A stretch of 64,000 bases of DNA from Amoebidium appalachense (GCA_963693365.1 CAVNZM010000004.1:12754588-12818587), one strand, 5' to 3'; numbered from the stretch's first letter, positions 1-40,909 are shown. Numbers and translations are program-made. Notes: generated by a model from the letters alone, not told the origin.

Positions 1-13350
<13,350 letters not shown>

Positions 13351-13784
13351 CTTGGAGCTTAAAAGGCACAACGATCTATGTCTTATGTTATATATTTTTA
13401 TTTGTGAGCGTTATTTATTGTGCTTTGGCTGTATTGTTAATGCCATTGAAAGGGGACTCTTGTTCCCCTGGAAAAACGTGCACTGAGCCAAAGGTCAGTT
13501 CGCTTGACCTATCAGCCTGGCTAGTTTCGTGCGATTCCGTCGTGATCACTACAGCTCAGTAAGTGCTGAAGAATGATGAGCTTTATAAGCTTTCAGACTT
13601 TGACTAGAAACGAAAACTTCGGCTACAAACAGCAGCCCTAGGGCCATGGGGTTCAACGGGACAGGCCCTCACAGAGTCACAGGCTCACACAACTCGGCCA
13701 CACTCGAAGTATGCAGTGTACTGTCAGACACGTTTCAACTTTCACGTTTGTGATATTTTGAAAAACTTTGATGTTGCAGCCGGA

Positions 13785-13970
13785 TGCTGATTGGCTTCAA
13801 AATAATTTTGGCGGGAAAAGGAAGAAAACGCTAATTGGTCTGTTAAATCTACCGGCTCATGCAAAGGCTCAAACGAGTTCTCATTGGGTTGTTTGTTTTC
13901 AAGGTTTTGATTGGCGGGTAGCGGTGCAATCCGAACCAATAGTTACTGATCGCTTGTCTGATTGGTGGTC
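13785..13970. promoter_or_regulatory. Cluster of about six CCAAT/ATTGG boxes in a probable bidirectional promoter
   Basis: ATTGG or CCAAT near 13790, 13834, 13883, 13910, 13937 and 13961, between the divergently oriented SMC gene and the plus-strand gene; the region lacks homopolymer tracts. Confidence 0.5.
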
Positions 13971-14197
13971 ATCTGATGAGGGATCAAGGAAGGCTCAGTC
14001 GATCTATTCTCGAGCAGCCTGAGTCTGTTTCTTCTCAGACGACCCTAGACACCAGTCACACACCCTCCACACAAACGGTGAGAGTTAATCCCCAAGTTAG
14101 ACCTTCAAATGTCTCTCTCGCATTTATCGTCTTGTTTAAAGGCAATACTTCGCCGAACTCCCCTCCATGCGCTGCAGCTGCCGCAGATCTGCAGAGC

Positions 14198-26231
<12,034 letters not shown>

Positions 26232-26581
26232 AATTTCATCATCTTTTATTTTATCCATATGTGGGATGTACTGGCGTAGAGGGTTAGTCCAGGCTTTTCT
26301 TGAAACAAATTTTCATATTGTACCAGCGCATATTGTACCACATCATATTTTACCATCTTTTTTGTGTTCGCTTGAGAAGGCCTTGATTTTTTGCCCGTGG
26401 CTCTGCAAGACAATCCGAAGCTTACTAGCCTAGGCTTTCGGAATGTGACGGGGTGGTGTGTGTGCGTGTGGTACTAGTAATCACCGTGCTAATTTGGCTT
26501 GCATTGGGTCCGGGAATTCGGTCACAGCCTAGTCTCGGCTTTAAAACAAACCACCGTCTGCATGTGTTATGTATTGAGTAT

Positions 26582-26613
<32 letters not shown>

Positions 26614-27986
26614 TAAACAGGTATTAGCAGCATTACCAGGGTTTCAAGTTGTAAACAAAATGCTTGTTACAATAACTACATGACCGTTTTGGCAGATGTG
26701 TGCAACCAAAACGGGCATGTGCTATATCTGGGTGCATAGTAGTGGTACGGGCATGTGCATGTGACATACCCACCCTTAAAGTTTCAGTGGCCCAGTGACG
26801 CCCAGTTGGATAACATTCATTGGTTGGGAATGTCCATTAGAAAATGGGTTTTGTGTCAGATCATCAAAATTGACCCCTTAATTTGTATTTATGCTCGGGT
26901 GACAATGATTTTTGTTTCCTCTCAAACGTTGTAGACACACTGTTGTGTACATTTTCTCCCTGAATAATAACAGACCTTTTCAGTTTGGCAATTGGCATAA
27001 ACAGCATTTTCTACTTATGTTAACGTCTCGTTGCCAATTACTTTGCTGTACAGTACTAGTTCATGAACCGGCACGACATGTGTAACGCAGATCTGGGTAT
27101 TCTGCAGCTGGTATATACACACTAACCTTGATTTGTCGCTTCACTCTCCACATTATGGGTTTGTGTTTATTGAATGTGCATTACTAAAACATAACAGTGT
27201 GAAGGTGATATCATTTGGCCGTTAGTCATTGTTATAAGCATCAATAGGTCACCTTAACATGCATGATGCAAACGTTAACATCACACACGTAGAGTGAGCT
27301 GCAACAACCAAGACACAAACAAGGCAGCCATGGACGAATTAAGAGTTATTCATTGAAACTACTACCATATAAGGTAGTACAGTGGATCAGATCTGAATGA
27401 TTTTTGTATTGCTAACGTGTACGGCTGTGCTGCTCATTCTTGCAGCCTGAGGCGCTAAGGCTCTGTACATGCCAGTACGTGCACATGTGTCCATGGCCAG
27501 AACGTGCACGGGGAGGTTCAAGAGAGCACAGCTGTGTTCATGTTATTATTATGAACAGTAGAGAGAGAGGAAGAAGCCGGCGTGAGCAGGAGGGAGGGGA
27601 GGGCACGGGGCGAAGAGTATGCGTGCTGCCATGAACGACAATTGTGTAGCACTGCATGTGTGTGCGAGCATCTGTGCGCGCCGTGGAGGCATGTATTCAG
27701 CCACGGTGACCGCGTCCGACAGCGCGCGTGGCTGTGTGCTTGCATGCACGCACGTGCACGCATGCATGCGCAGGTGTGAAAGTATCTGTTTTCAAAGTTT
27801 CTCCTGCAGCTGGCCATCTGTTTTAGTGTAAGTGATATGACCCTTTGGGTGTGTGTGAATTGCGTTTGAGCATTTGAATGCATCTGGTACGTGCAACTGC
27901 GTGCGCAGGCGTGTGTGTCACTTCAAGCTGCCAGTGTGGGTGTGTACGTGTGGGGGCCTAACTATGTACATCGATATCGGCTGAGT

Positions 27987-28272
27987 CAGCTTGCTCCGAG
28001 CAGAATTATTCAGCAAATAGCAGGATTATTCCGTAATATTCCGTATTATTCCGTATTATTCCGTATAATTCCGTAAATAGCAGGATTATTCTGCAAATAG
28101 CAGAAATTCATAGATCTGCGAAAGCAAATTCGGCCAATAGCAGAGGGATTCCGGTCAAAGCAGAATAATTCTGCTTTTTTCCAGAATAATCATGCGGCGG
28201 AATTGTTCTACTTTTTGCCGCATAGTACTGTACCGCTTTTTTGCAGAATAATTTTGCTTTTTGCAAGACTTG
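27987..28272. mobile_element. MITE-like element with imperfect terminal inverted repeats and internal 10-bp ATTATTCCGT repeats
   Basis: Left end cagcttgctccgagcagaattattcagcaa resembles the reverse complement of the right end ttgcagaataattttgctttttgcaagacttg; tandem attattccgt units at 28025-28075; no clear TSD. Confidence 0.45.
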
Positions 28273-28826
28273 TTGGTTCTGCTGATCGCAGTGGTTGGCC
28301 CCTCGTGTGGTACACTGTGCATATATACAGATACATGCGAGTTGTACACGCGTGTGTTAAAGTGTATGTTTGTGTGTGCACGTGTGCCGGGATCCCCCCC
28401 CCCCCCCCCCCCCCCCCCCCCCACACACACACACCACCACCACCACCAACTCCCCCCCCCCCCCTCCCCCCCCCCCCCCCCCCCCCCTTTATCGGTCCCC
28501 CCCCCCCCCCCCCCCCAAAAAAAAAAAAAAAAAAAAAGGGACCCCCCCCCCCCCCCCCCCCCCCCCTTCTCCCTCCACACCCCCAAAACCAAAAAAAAAA
28601 ACAAAAAAACGAAAAATATCGTGGCCCCTATGCACAATACCAAGCGGTGCCTACAAATAGTTGAACATACTTAACTTTTTGTGCTGAGACTGAGTGGCCA
28701 TGGGTGGACAGGTGGCGGAGACCTAGGGGAAGGGTACTTCTGGATTTCCGAGGGCCCCATGGGGAACAGTTGTGGGGAATCTGGGGGAAACTCGAGGGAG
28801 ATTCATCATGATCAAATCATGATGGC

Positions 28827-28897
<71 letters not shown>

Positions 28898-29304
28898 GGG
28901 AGGGGGGGAGGGGGGGAGGGGGAGGGGGAGGGGGAGGGGGTGGGTTTGGGGAGGGAGGGGGAGGGGGGGGGGAGAGGATGATCACAGTGGTCGTCACTCC
29001 TTGGGTTGCTAGGTCACATAGGGGTCCTCTCTCTTAACTGCTATTATCTGGAGAAGAGGACTGTGGCATAGGCCCAATGTAGTTCAGTATTTAATTAACC
29101 GAGGCTGTGCTGCTCTTTGGCCAATTTTGCATGGGCATGGCGTTGAAAAACTTCGGGAAGTGTTCGACCAAGACCATGCCTGCACAAGTTACAGCCAAGT
29201 TCATACGGACTCAAATTTCATAACAAATTCACGCATGGCCACGCTAGATTTTGAGAGGAATTCCTATTGGGAACATACATCGGGGGGAGGGGGGGGGGGG
29301 CTCG

Positions 29305-29393
<89 letters not shown>

Positions 29394-29740
29394 ACGTGTA
29401 CTTGCGTCTCTGTCTCTCTCTCTCTCTCTCTTTTTTGGTTGGTTGGTTGGTTTTTTTTATTTGGGGGGGGGGGGGGGGGGGGCAAACTGAAGGGGTGACT
29501 CGATATCGCTTATGTCCGAACAATGTGAAGCCCTCCAGATCGATATACGGTCGATACTTGTACACCTTTTTTTTTTTTCTTTTTTTTTTTTTTCCTCTTT
29601 TTTTTTTTTTTATCTGACAAAAAGGGCCCCAGCTGTATTGCCACGTGCCATTAGTAATTACTCGACCAACAACCAGGGGAGGGGGGGGGGAGGGGGGGGG
29701 GGAAGAGAAGGAAGTAACACAAACACACATCCACACACGA

Positions 29741-29808
<68 letters not shown>

Positions 29809-30740
29809 CACGCACGCACACACACAAAGACAGGTACACACACACAAACACATCCACACCTAATACTGCCAACAACCACACCCCCATGCTCACAGCAATC
29901 ACCCAGATCGAGGCCTCATGCAGTGGCTGCCTGCATCGACTAGGGAGGTATATATACACGCCAAGATGCAAAGGCAAGGACACACATAATCCAGCCGTGC
30001 TCCTTGCACTCATGACTTGTGAGTCTTCTCGTAAACATATCTTATCATATTTTGCATCACTATGCTGATTATGGACTCACGTACGTACGCACAACGAAAC
30101 TTGTCCAGCAAGTCACCCAGATGTTGCCTCCAACCCATACAGTACTCAATCAAAAAATATTTTTATAATATGAGCGTTAACTCTCAGTCGAAGTTAGTGG
30201 TGGCGTATACCAAAACGTAGTTGTGAGCGAACGGAGAAAGGGAAAAATTTGCCGCGCTCAATCTTATTATGTTAGAAGCTAATGATTAGCGATCGTTCTT
30301 AGATCCGATATACTATGTCTATAAACCAATAGTATATCTAAATTACATTTTGAAATGTTTTTAGTCAGGTATCTAAATATCGGGTTTCTAGAGCATAAAT
30401 CCATTCCCTTCCAACCGTTCACCTCAGTCAAACCGCTTTGTAACGTTTGAAGAGTACAGTCACACAGAAGTTCTAGAACAAGGTAAAGTTCTCAACGGTT
30501 TGTTCTTGGGATGGCTTCTTTTCTGTTTGGAAAAGGTCATAAATATGTGGCGTGTATGTGAAGGCGGAAAGTTGTGCTTTTGCCAGGGTAGATTCGCTTG
30601 TGTTTGTGAGGTTTGCAACACCAGAGGTGTTTTACTTCTTTTTTGTGAGAAACACCCTTATTGCTTTTACGGTTTTATGCCAAGATTTGATAGTGCAATA
30701 TCGGCGTTCGCAGGTATTTTCACAGAATGCTCAACCCTAA

Positions 30741-31588
<848 letters not shown>

Positions 31589-31661
31589 GTGGACCGAGCT
31601 GCCTTGCCGTTGTTGAAACCTCAAGTGATTAGATAAAAAAACACGTTGCATACACACAATT

Positions 31662-31692
31662 GGCGTTTTTAAACGCCCCCCTTACCAAAGAG
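31662..31692 (+). promoter_or_regulatory. Histone 3' stem-loop-like element with a downstream purine-rich AAAGAG
   Basis: GGCGTT-TTTA-AACGCC (6-bp stem, 4-nt U-rich loop) at 31662-31677, 73 nt after the H3 stop; AAAGAG at 31687-31692. Confidence 0.7.
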
Positions 31693-32298
31693 GTTACGTG
31701 CCGTTGTTCTCCTTCTCTTTGATATGTGTTGCCTGTGGCCAGGTAAAGCTGGAGGGTTACAATGCAAGGCACTGGTCTAAGTTGGTGTAAATTTTGAGTA
31801 TTAAGCAGTGTGAAAGTGGAAATTTCACGAAACTGGCACTCGCATGGCCAGTCGGCTGGTGACAGGCCTTACTTTGAAGCTTTGCCAAAGGGTTGTTATT
31901 GTAGCTCATTGTGCTTGGCAGTGGCTGCACACCTTTCAAGCAGGCCCTTGAGGCGAACGGAGTCGGAAATTCTTGGCAATCCAGGCTTCCACAACTTGCA
32001 GTCTTGGTTTTGGGTGAGTGGGTGATTTGTTATTGCACGGGGCTATGGGTTGTGGTATACGATGAGGTGGTGGTGAAACGGCTGCAGGGGAGTACCTCAC
32101 CAGGGAGTAGTAGGTAGCTAAAACCTGGTCGTATATAAAGGGTGCACTTGTGTGTGGGGGAGTTTAGAGAGAAAAGCAACTGAATTAGCTAAAGCCTTTC
32201 AAAACGAGGCCTGAGTGGTGCTTTTTCCTTTTTTCGTGGCACGCGTGTGGATACAAGTGGGTAAGATGGCAGGGGCGGTAGGACCAGCCTGGTGTGGT

Positions 32299-32333
<35 letters not shown>

Positions 32334-33407
32334 TTGAGAGGCTGAGGAGGGGGCGGGGCTAGATTGTGGGTTGTGGGGATCCATGCACGTTTTTATTGTG
32401 TTACAGATCACGATACTATAAGCTTTCACACCATGGACGATAGAATTATAAGCTTTCGTGATCACACGATGGACGACAGAAAGCAGGTTGCAAAGCACAC
32501 ATAAAAGTGTGCAACGAGGGTGGAGAGGGAGGGGGGAGGGGGGCGCTTGCAAGCCAACTCGGAACCCGCATTCCAGTCGTCATCCAACACCCGGGTTCGA
32601 AAAGGAGGGTGCGGATTAGGAGTGGGATCGAAGGGGAGGGAACGTGTGTTTCTGAGTCCGAAGTACACGTTCAAGGCGAACAACGTCACGGCTGGAGGTC
32701 GTGGGGTGGGAGGTGGGCAGATTTTTGGGGGAATGGTTAAGGTGGATGAGTCACAGAGGGCCTAAGTATAATACAAAATTATGACGAACAATATACACGT
32801 ACACATGTACAAAGCAGATGCAAAGCACACCGAGTATCCATCAGAAGCTGGGGGAGTTTGATTTTCACAACAGTCGAGGAGAAGTAATTTTGTCTGCGAC
32901 TTTATGCAGAGTCTTTAACTGAGCAAACTTCCAGTCTTCGAGGGTTCGGGTTAAAAAAGAATGTCCTATATACTACCAATAGCGACGCTGCAACAGCATA
33001 CAAAAGCGATACAAAAAGAGCTTGTCTGTCACGTTTTGATGCACCATTAATCCCGTCAGGCTAAAATACAATAAGAGAATCACAACGCAAGAATCTATGT
33101 TAATAAAAAACGGTACTTGGTGCATAGGCTTTTGGCGCCTTAGCATTTTATGAAAAGCATATGTACAGACAAGTTGAACTTCAGCGGCTTTTCCAACAAG
33201 CCTATGTACACGGCAACTCCTTCACCTTCTTGTAAGATCATTCACACATCTCAAACTCTCAACTAGAGCCAAAAGTATGAGCTTCAGTTTCATACAGTCG
33301 ACAAGTCTTCTAACTAGAACTCCATCCGGCAAAGCAGCAACTTGGTGTCATTTCACAAGGCCGCATAACCAAAAGCTTTCGAACAAGCGTCAAAGGATCA
33401 TTCGATC

Positions 33408-34466
33408 GGCTACCACTTCCAGTTGGACAACCGGGCAGCAGCACACACCATAGAAACAGACACGAGTGCGCCTGCACGCATCAACCTTTCGTTCCTCCTC
33501 TCCTGTTGGGAATAGACATATAAAAGAGTTAGGAGTCAGTGTGAAACCTGAAAGACAAGTTAGGGTGGGGGCGAGGGAGGGCCAAAAAAAAAAAAAAAAA
33601 AAAAGTGGGGGGGGGGGGGGGGGGGGGGACCCCATGTGCCGGCCAATACAAAGTACAAATTATATGAAGGACGACGGAAAAAGTCCACTCAGAGAAAGAG
33701 GGAGGGAGGGACGTAGGAAGAAGGGCCTCGGAAGGTTGCAATTGGGGGGCAGGGGGACGGGGGGAGGGGGGGGGAGGGCTCTGACTTTACTCAAGTATCT
33801 AACGACACAAGCAAAGTGTTGTATCTCCTGCCAGGAGATTGTGTGATAGAGAGGAAGCAAGAAACAGGGTGACGTCGAAAATGGGCGGACAGAGCAATAA
33901 TTAGTGTGTGACAGGCTTTAAAAAACACAGGAATAAGTGGAGTCCTGAAAGATACCGGCAGGTGGGATATAAAAAAATGCCACAGCCCAAAGTGCACCTC
34001 ATTTGCAATTAAAAGAGCAGCGAGACAATTGGAAAAAGACTTTGCGACAAGAAGAACATAGCATCCCTAAAGCAAAAACTTGTTATCAGGTTCTTCGAAG
34101 GAGCCTGTCCGAGGTAAAAAAGCAAAAAAAGGCGACCAAAAAGCCTTAACGAAAACCGACCTTGAGCTCGCTGGCGAACCTATCCACGTCTGCAGCAGCA
34201 CATTTTTCGCTTTCAACAGCAACGTGTTTCTGCTTTAGAACTTTCACAGGCTTTGGTTCTCGTGCCACAGACCTCGTTTGCTTCTTCCAGCGGCAGAGGG
34301 CGAAATAGCCCCCCGTTGCAACCACCACTGCCGCCCCGATAGCATATCCCCATTTTGAACTAGTGCTGGTGCTCGCTACTTGCAAGCTCTGATTGTGTAG
34401 CTCTAGTTGCTGTGTTATGAAAGAGTGTATCTCCTCCTGTGTCATATACTCGTATTGAGAAGGCAT
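33408..34466 (-). CDS. Small hypothetical membrane-anchored protein (probably spliced)
   Basis: ORF 34146-34466 has a hydrophobic segment WGYAIGAAVVVATGGYFALC followed by basic residues; a candidate last exon at about 33408-33503 reads ERRNERLMRAGALVSVSMVCAAARLSNWKW*. Confidence 0.45.
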
Positions 34467-35421
34467 ATTTGCTGGTCTCGTTCAAACGTTTCAGCGCTTT
34501 GTCAGAAATGGAAAGTTTAAACTTGTCAACGACAATTGTACAGACACGATTGGTGGTGACAGAAACTTCGAACCCTTTCTGACTGCTTGTGGGTGGCTTT
34601 ATATACTTGATCACACCCATGGGTTTGCCCTATGGCATATCAAAATCCATGATTCTTCTCATTCAGGAAAATTTAAAGCTTTAACAATATTCTTTACGTA
34701 TTAAATGAGCTTTTGTTTAAGTTTTGTAAATGTTTAACTAGTGAGCCACGGGATCATCTTTTGGCGGCCAGTCCTCGTGCACGGCTTTTGACGTAAAAAG
34801 GCTTTCTTTCAATAAAGCCACAAAGTAGACACATCATAAAAAATAAATAAATAGTGTGATTAGCCATGTAATTGTCAACTCAGATGCAATCTTGACAAAC
34901 GGTTAGGATAGTAAGCTACAAGCATGATCCTATGCTAATCAGAATCAATGTAGTGATCATGATTCATGACTCGTAATAGTCTCGTATGTATATACTTCAT
35001 GCTGACAGTTGCGGCCAATTGTGCCTTTGCCTAATTCCCTTCAACCTCAGACCCCCTCTAAAATCTTGTCCACCTTTATTTTACAGGCTTCTATTCTTGA
35101 AAAATTTGCGTAGGAAAATATAAAATTCGACTACAAGACAAAATACGTGCAGAAGTATTCAAGAATCAGGTGGCTGCTGAGCTAATCACAACAAGCGGCA
35201 AATTGTATGTTTACGCCGTTTAGTAATTGGTCGCCAACACATGAAGGACTTTGGAAAGTGTCAAACTATTTTTTAGCAGAAATGTATCATTGGTACCAAT
35301 GATAATTGTTCAGAACAATTGTCTGCAGAGTTATAGTCTGCGACCATTATTCCCATTTCGTAAGGAGAAACCTTTTCTGTGGTAGTAGGCTGCGGTTGAT
35401 CTGGGACCGTGACACGTAGTC

Positions 35422-35754
35422 CAGAGATGGAGCGATCTAGTCTAGTCCGCCCGGACTAGCCCGAAAAGCATTCAGGTTGGGGCCTTGGGGGTGACTAGCC
35501 CAGCCCGAAAGCTAAACGGATTGGGCTAGGGGTGTTTGGGCTGGGACCCCCCTGTAAACCCAACCTCACCCACTATATAGCAACCCCCAGGAGACCAAAA
35601 CCCCTCCTAAAAACTCCCTTCTTATTGTTTGTGCAAACCTATCTGCCATATATGGCAGGTCAGCTGGCCCAACCCAACCCATTTCCAGCCCGAAACTTTT
35701 GCGGGTTGGGTTGACCCAGCCCAGACCGGCCCAAAACCTGCTGCACCATCTCTG
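35422..35754. mobile_element. hAT-type MITE (333 bp)
   Basis: TIRs CAGAGATGG(A)GC and GC(A)CCATCTCTG; flanks acgtagtc and cgtgagtc form a near-8-bp TSD; subterminal cccg/cccaaccc repeats. Confidence 0.7.
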
Positions 35755-36143
35755 CGTGAGTCCCGGCGTACGCGGCTTGACACCGGTAACACTTGCATAC
35801 AACACTCAAGCTGAAAACACAATCTGGTTGGCTACATACCACGACATCGACATTGCCGTATACGGGATTCTTTCGAAGATCGGCAAGAGTTTGTAAACCT
35901 TCATTTTGCTTCTTTCTCGAACCTTCCAATCACTGCCCGCCTCCAACCTAGGCGTTATCCAATCAAAATCAATCCGTTTCAATCCCACGCATATCACCTG
36001 TGCCAGTGCTTCTCAGGTCTCGAGTCCACCGTCTCTCTCCCTTCTCTCTCCCCGAATTCCTCTCACCCACCTGAGCCCATGGCCACTGGGCTCCTTTCCT
36101 ATCTTCCCCCTCTCTCTGTATCTGTATGCTTCTCAGTATCCTG

Positions 36144-36197
<54 letters not shown>

Positions 36198-36631
36198 TTC
36201 CTCCTCTCGTTTGCCCCATTCTCGACCCCCTCTCGCTGCCCCTTTCAAGGCTTCTCTTCTCCCTCCCTTATTGGTAATATTAAGTATTTGTATTATTATT
36301 AGTTACTTCAGCTCGCTTCCCCTCCTCCTCCCCCCGCCCCCCCCCCTCCCTCCCCCCCGCGCGCTAAGGTTTGGAAACTCAGTCAGCTACTACCTCACCC
36401 TTCTAGGGATCTGTCTCAACCACCACTAAGCGTCGTTGTTATTTTTCAAACTTTAGTGAAAAATTGTTATACCCACCCCGTGACGACAGATACCATCAAC
36501 TCTTTCGAGTTCAATAACGTATACTGTCGCTTATAGTTTAAGCTGAATGGAAAGAGCCCTAGTATTTTCTTTCGAATGACTCTTATTAGACCCGGCCTAC
36601 GCATTGGAATCTCATGGGCAACAGTGACCCC

Positions 36632-37096
36632 TCAACCTCTTTTCAGCAGCGTCCGAAGGTGCCCCGAGAGAATAAAGGCAGCAATGACCAGCAGGGCCGA
36701 CCCTCCGTAGACACTTGCCGCACCGGACGAGTGGTGAGGAAAAATAGCGCCAAAGTTTAACGCCGCCAGCCCCTCAAAGCTCAACAAAACTGCACCATGC
36801 ACGGCCGAAAGCACTCCCCAGTGCCTTTGCGGGGCGCCAATCATCTTGAAGAAACCCAATAAAGCAGGCGTTGCACAGGCAAAGAAAACCGTGCTGAGAG
36901 TGGGCCATGTCGCGTTGTGTGGGTCTACGATGGCGCGGAAGCTGTGCACTGTCAGAAGGCCAAACAGCCCCCCTTTTAAAGCAAAAGCACCTGCAGCCAA
37001 CACATGTGCTCGTTGGGGTACATCACAGACTCCTTTGTCCCGGCCGGTACTGTTGGCACCGTGCCTTGGCTTGGCAGTGTCTGTCTCGCTAGTCAT
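36632..37096 (-). CDS. Intronless hypothetical membrane protein, about four transmembrane segments
   Basis: Part of ORF 36632-37237; likely start MTSETDTAK; four hydrophobic stretches in complex, non-repetitive sequence. Confidence 0.6.
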   Translation of the reverse strand: MTSETDTAKPRHGANSTGRDKGVCDVPQRAHVLAAGAFALKGGLFGLLTVHSFRAIVDPHNATWPTLSTVFFACATPALLGFFKMIGAPQRHWGVLSAVHGAVLLSFEGLAALNFGAIFPHHSSGAASVYGGSALLVIAAFILSGHLRTLLKRG

Positions 37097-38291
37097 CGTG
37101 TGCGAAACAATTACGGTGTGACGAGTATTTGCGACTGTACGACACCGTAACGGTACAGTATTCAAAAACGAAGACTGCATAAACGTCGTTGGCGTCCCTG
37201 CCACGTTCGACTGTGGCCTCAGCCGCCGTATGACCAAGTATACTCTGGCGAGAAGGGTATGAGTTGGCGCGTGATCAGTCGCTTCGGAAGGAGAGTTTTG
37301 TCAGCCTTGAAAAATAAGAGCTGCCTCCAAAGGTAGCAGTTGGCGTCCCGGGCTCATGGTGACGTCACTTTTGCCGGCCTACTAGTAGAGTAAGTTGGTG
37401 TTCAAAGATGATCAGGGGGCCGGCTAACCGGCTAATCACCGAGACCACTATATCGTCATGTCATTGACTGGTGAGACAGTTCGGTGCACAAGGCCAATTG
37501 CGAGTTGCAAAACACGGCCGTCAGATTTGGAGGGCTCACCCTAAGTACTATTTAGAACTCGAGTTTATGATCTTGTACATAGAACATTAATGCACTTGCA
37601 TGCCTCAGATAATGGCCATGGCCATGGGCCGGGCACATAGCGATTGACCACGTACTAAGATAGCTTCTACGTTCTCACCATTAATCACATGTACATGTGC
37701 TCGAGGATGCAGCTGGGGGAGTCAATCACATACACAGGACACTGGAACGACCACACATGTAGTGATACCGAGCACATGCTACAAGCACACAAGTAAGGTT
37801 TCGGCTCTGTCTACTTCATTTCGTCCAGAGTGCCCACATTGCATGGTCTCGTATATGGCTACCGGTCAGCAAACCATTTACGGTGTCTTGTGTTCTGGCT
37901 TATGTAACATGCTAAGATCGGAGTCACCTCAACTAGGTATAAAGCTCTAACCTATTGCAGCGCTACATTCAACTTCTTTGTGCCTTTACAGAATCTAAAA
38001 ATACCACTTTGTGTGTACGTGTGTACGTGTGTATACCTGTATGTGTGGACATGTGCGTGTGTGTGCAGTGCGTATTGCACGCATAATTGTACATGCACCA
38101 TCCACAAATCTTGCGCAACTAACCAATATCTGGTCCCAAGAAGAAACCATTCGCATCTGAGAATCTACGCAATTGCGGCTAAACAAAACCGCATAATCGG
38201 TTGTTTGCCTTTCCGGCACGTTGAGTGTGCGTGTGGGGGTGTATGGTGGTTGTTTGACTGTGGTGGTCGTGTGTGATGTGTGCAAATGTAC

Positions 38292-38334
<43 letters not shown>

Positions 38335-38390
38335 GAGAGAGAGGGGGGGAGGGGTACATCTAAGACGATGTAGATGCCTTGTTTGCTCGC

Positions 38391-38779
38391 TCATAGGGAA
38401 ATGGGCCGCACAGACATGAATCGGCGCACAACTTCGTCGGTTGCCTTTTTCCGTCCCTGTGCATGCACAAGACGTAAGGCGTTAGTAGCAAAATCTTTCA
38501 GTATAGCAATGGATTGGTGAAAACGTTAGGAAACGGAAAGGCAAGAGGAAGTCCTCCCACAGTTACGGGAAGTCCTCTCCTAATCTGGTGTGTGTGTGTG
38601 TGGGGGCAACGCATGTGACACAAGGACAGAGACTTCCCTTGTTTCTTATTTTTTTTGTTTGGGGGGGGAGGAGGGGGGCGGGATTGGAGGTCGACACCAA
38701 GGCACCCACATAGCACTCCAGTAGATGGTTCTTTTTTGCTCTTCTTTCCCCCCCCACGAGGCCTCCCCCCTTTTTTTTT

Positions 38780-38819
<40 letters not shown>

Positions 38820-38845
38820 GCGCAGGGAGGAGGAGGAAGGGGGCA

Positions 38846-38882
<37 letters not shown>

Positions 38883-39137
38883 GGGGGGGGGGGATACAGA
38901 CCTCCTGGTGGTTTGCGACGAGGGCCTGCAGCACGGTGATGAGCTTTTGCTTGATCTCGCCTGTCAGCATCTTGCCTGACGTGTAGTCCTGCAGCAGCAC
39001 AGGGGGTTGAATTAGGCTAGATTGCGGGTGGATACAGCACAAACACGAACAGAAACATCATCACCACTAATATTATCGATTGTTTGCCACCCGTGGAACC
39101 TCCACGTGCCACGCTACCCTATGATCCCCCCCCTCCC

Positions 39138-39171
<34 letters not shown>

Positions 39172-39807
39172 TTCTCCTTCCCCCGCACCACCACCACAAC
39201 CAGTGCAGCCCCCCAAAAACCTTTCTACACCACCCCTCCACACATACTCTCCCCCACATGCACCCGTAAATAGCCAACCTTAGTGCAGGTGCATGCACAT
39301 AGAGATATGCACCCCGGCAAGTGAAAAGAGTTGTTGACACAAGCATCCATTCGTATGCCTTCTGCACGTGTTGAGTGAGAGAACTTTTGTGAGTTCACAC
39401 CTGTGTGTGTGCATATCTGAGATAGTACTTCCCCCCGTGATATTGCATCAGCGTACAGTGTGGTGGATACTATGTGTGCATGCATGCGTGCGTGTACGTG
39501 CGTGAGTGCGTGCAAGTGCACGCTTGTACGTGTGTGCACGTGAGGCCAGGGCATACCTGTCTGATCTGCTCGAGCTCCGCATCATCCTCCAAAAAGAATG
39601 TGAGGTACTGGTAGGGGATGTCGACCTCACAGTCTCCACCCTGCATATGTAACCGACATTAGGTCTCCCTCCCTGCTATCCCCCCCCCCCCCCCCCCCCC
39701 CTCTTGAACACACACAATGTCTGATTTCCACAAACACACAAACACATAGAGCCTGCTATCACAACCCCCCCCCCCCCCCCCCCCCCAAACACATGCTCAC
39801 ACGGTCA

Positions 39808-39862
<55 letters not shown>

Positions 39863-39930
39863 ACACACAACATGCTTGGGGGGGGGGGGGGGGGGGATGT
39901 AGGGTGCAGGGGTTGTGTATGTGCGTGTGC

Positions 39931-40012
<82 letters not shown>

Positions 40013-40417
40013 TGATGGTGGTGGTGGTGTTGAAGGGGGAGGGGGGGGGGGGGAGGGGGGGTGGAAACAAGCAAGATAAACTACCTGTGCACGGTGCTCT
40101 TCGACCGTTGCCTTGCCGCCACTGAAGGCATACTTGTTGATCTGCACCAGCAAATAGTCGGGAATTGAGGTTAGATATGGAGGTGGGTACATGGGTGCAG
40201 CACACAGAAAAGATGGCAGAGTGAATTCAGGCCAGGTCTTGACTAGGCAAGTGTATGTGTGCGCTAAATATTTTTATGGGCGCACGAATACTGCTGCAAA
40301 TTTTCTACCTGCCTCCATATGTGCATGCATGTGCACTCTCGTGTGCATGTATGCGTGTGTGTCAGGTGGTATAGGCTTCTTCTTCTTCTTCTTCTTCTTT
40401 TTTTCTGTGTGTGTGTG

Positions 40418-40452
<35 letters not shown>

Positions 40453-40839
40453 GCACGGACCTTGTTTTTGACCTGGTTGGGGGTGTCTGTGACGAAGATG
40501 GCCGACGAGTCCACACTGGCACTCATCTTCGTGCCTGGGCCCTACACCAACACAAATATGGGTCAGTTGCTCTATCTTGGCTAGGGCCTTCAGGCATCGT
40601 GTATAAGGGCTTAGATATGTTCAATGTGCAAACGCACACACGTACACACGCACGGACACATGCACACATGTACACGCAGACACACACAGGTTCGCACACA
40701 CATATACGGTTCAATGTTGATAGGGAAAAACTATGGACATGTGCCCAACTTTACACCAAACCCAATTTGAATTGCTGCTGGATTACAAACACCTTAACTT
40801 GATCCCAGCATTTCACATCAAACAGTCCGCCCAGGGGGA

Positions 40840-40909
<70 letters not shown>

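Noticed and set aside
28680-30070. Possible exons of another gene
   Set aside because: I could not build a consistent spliced frame.
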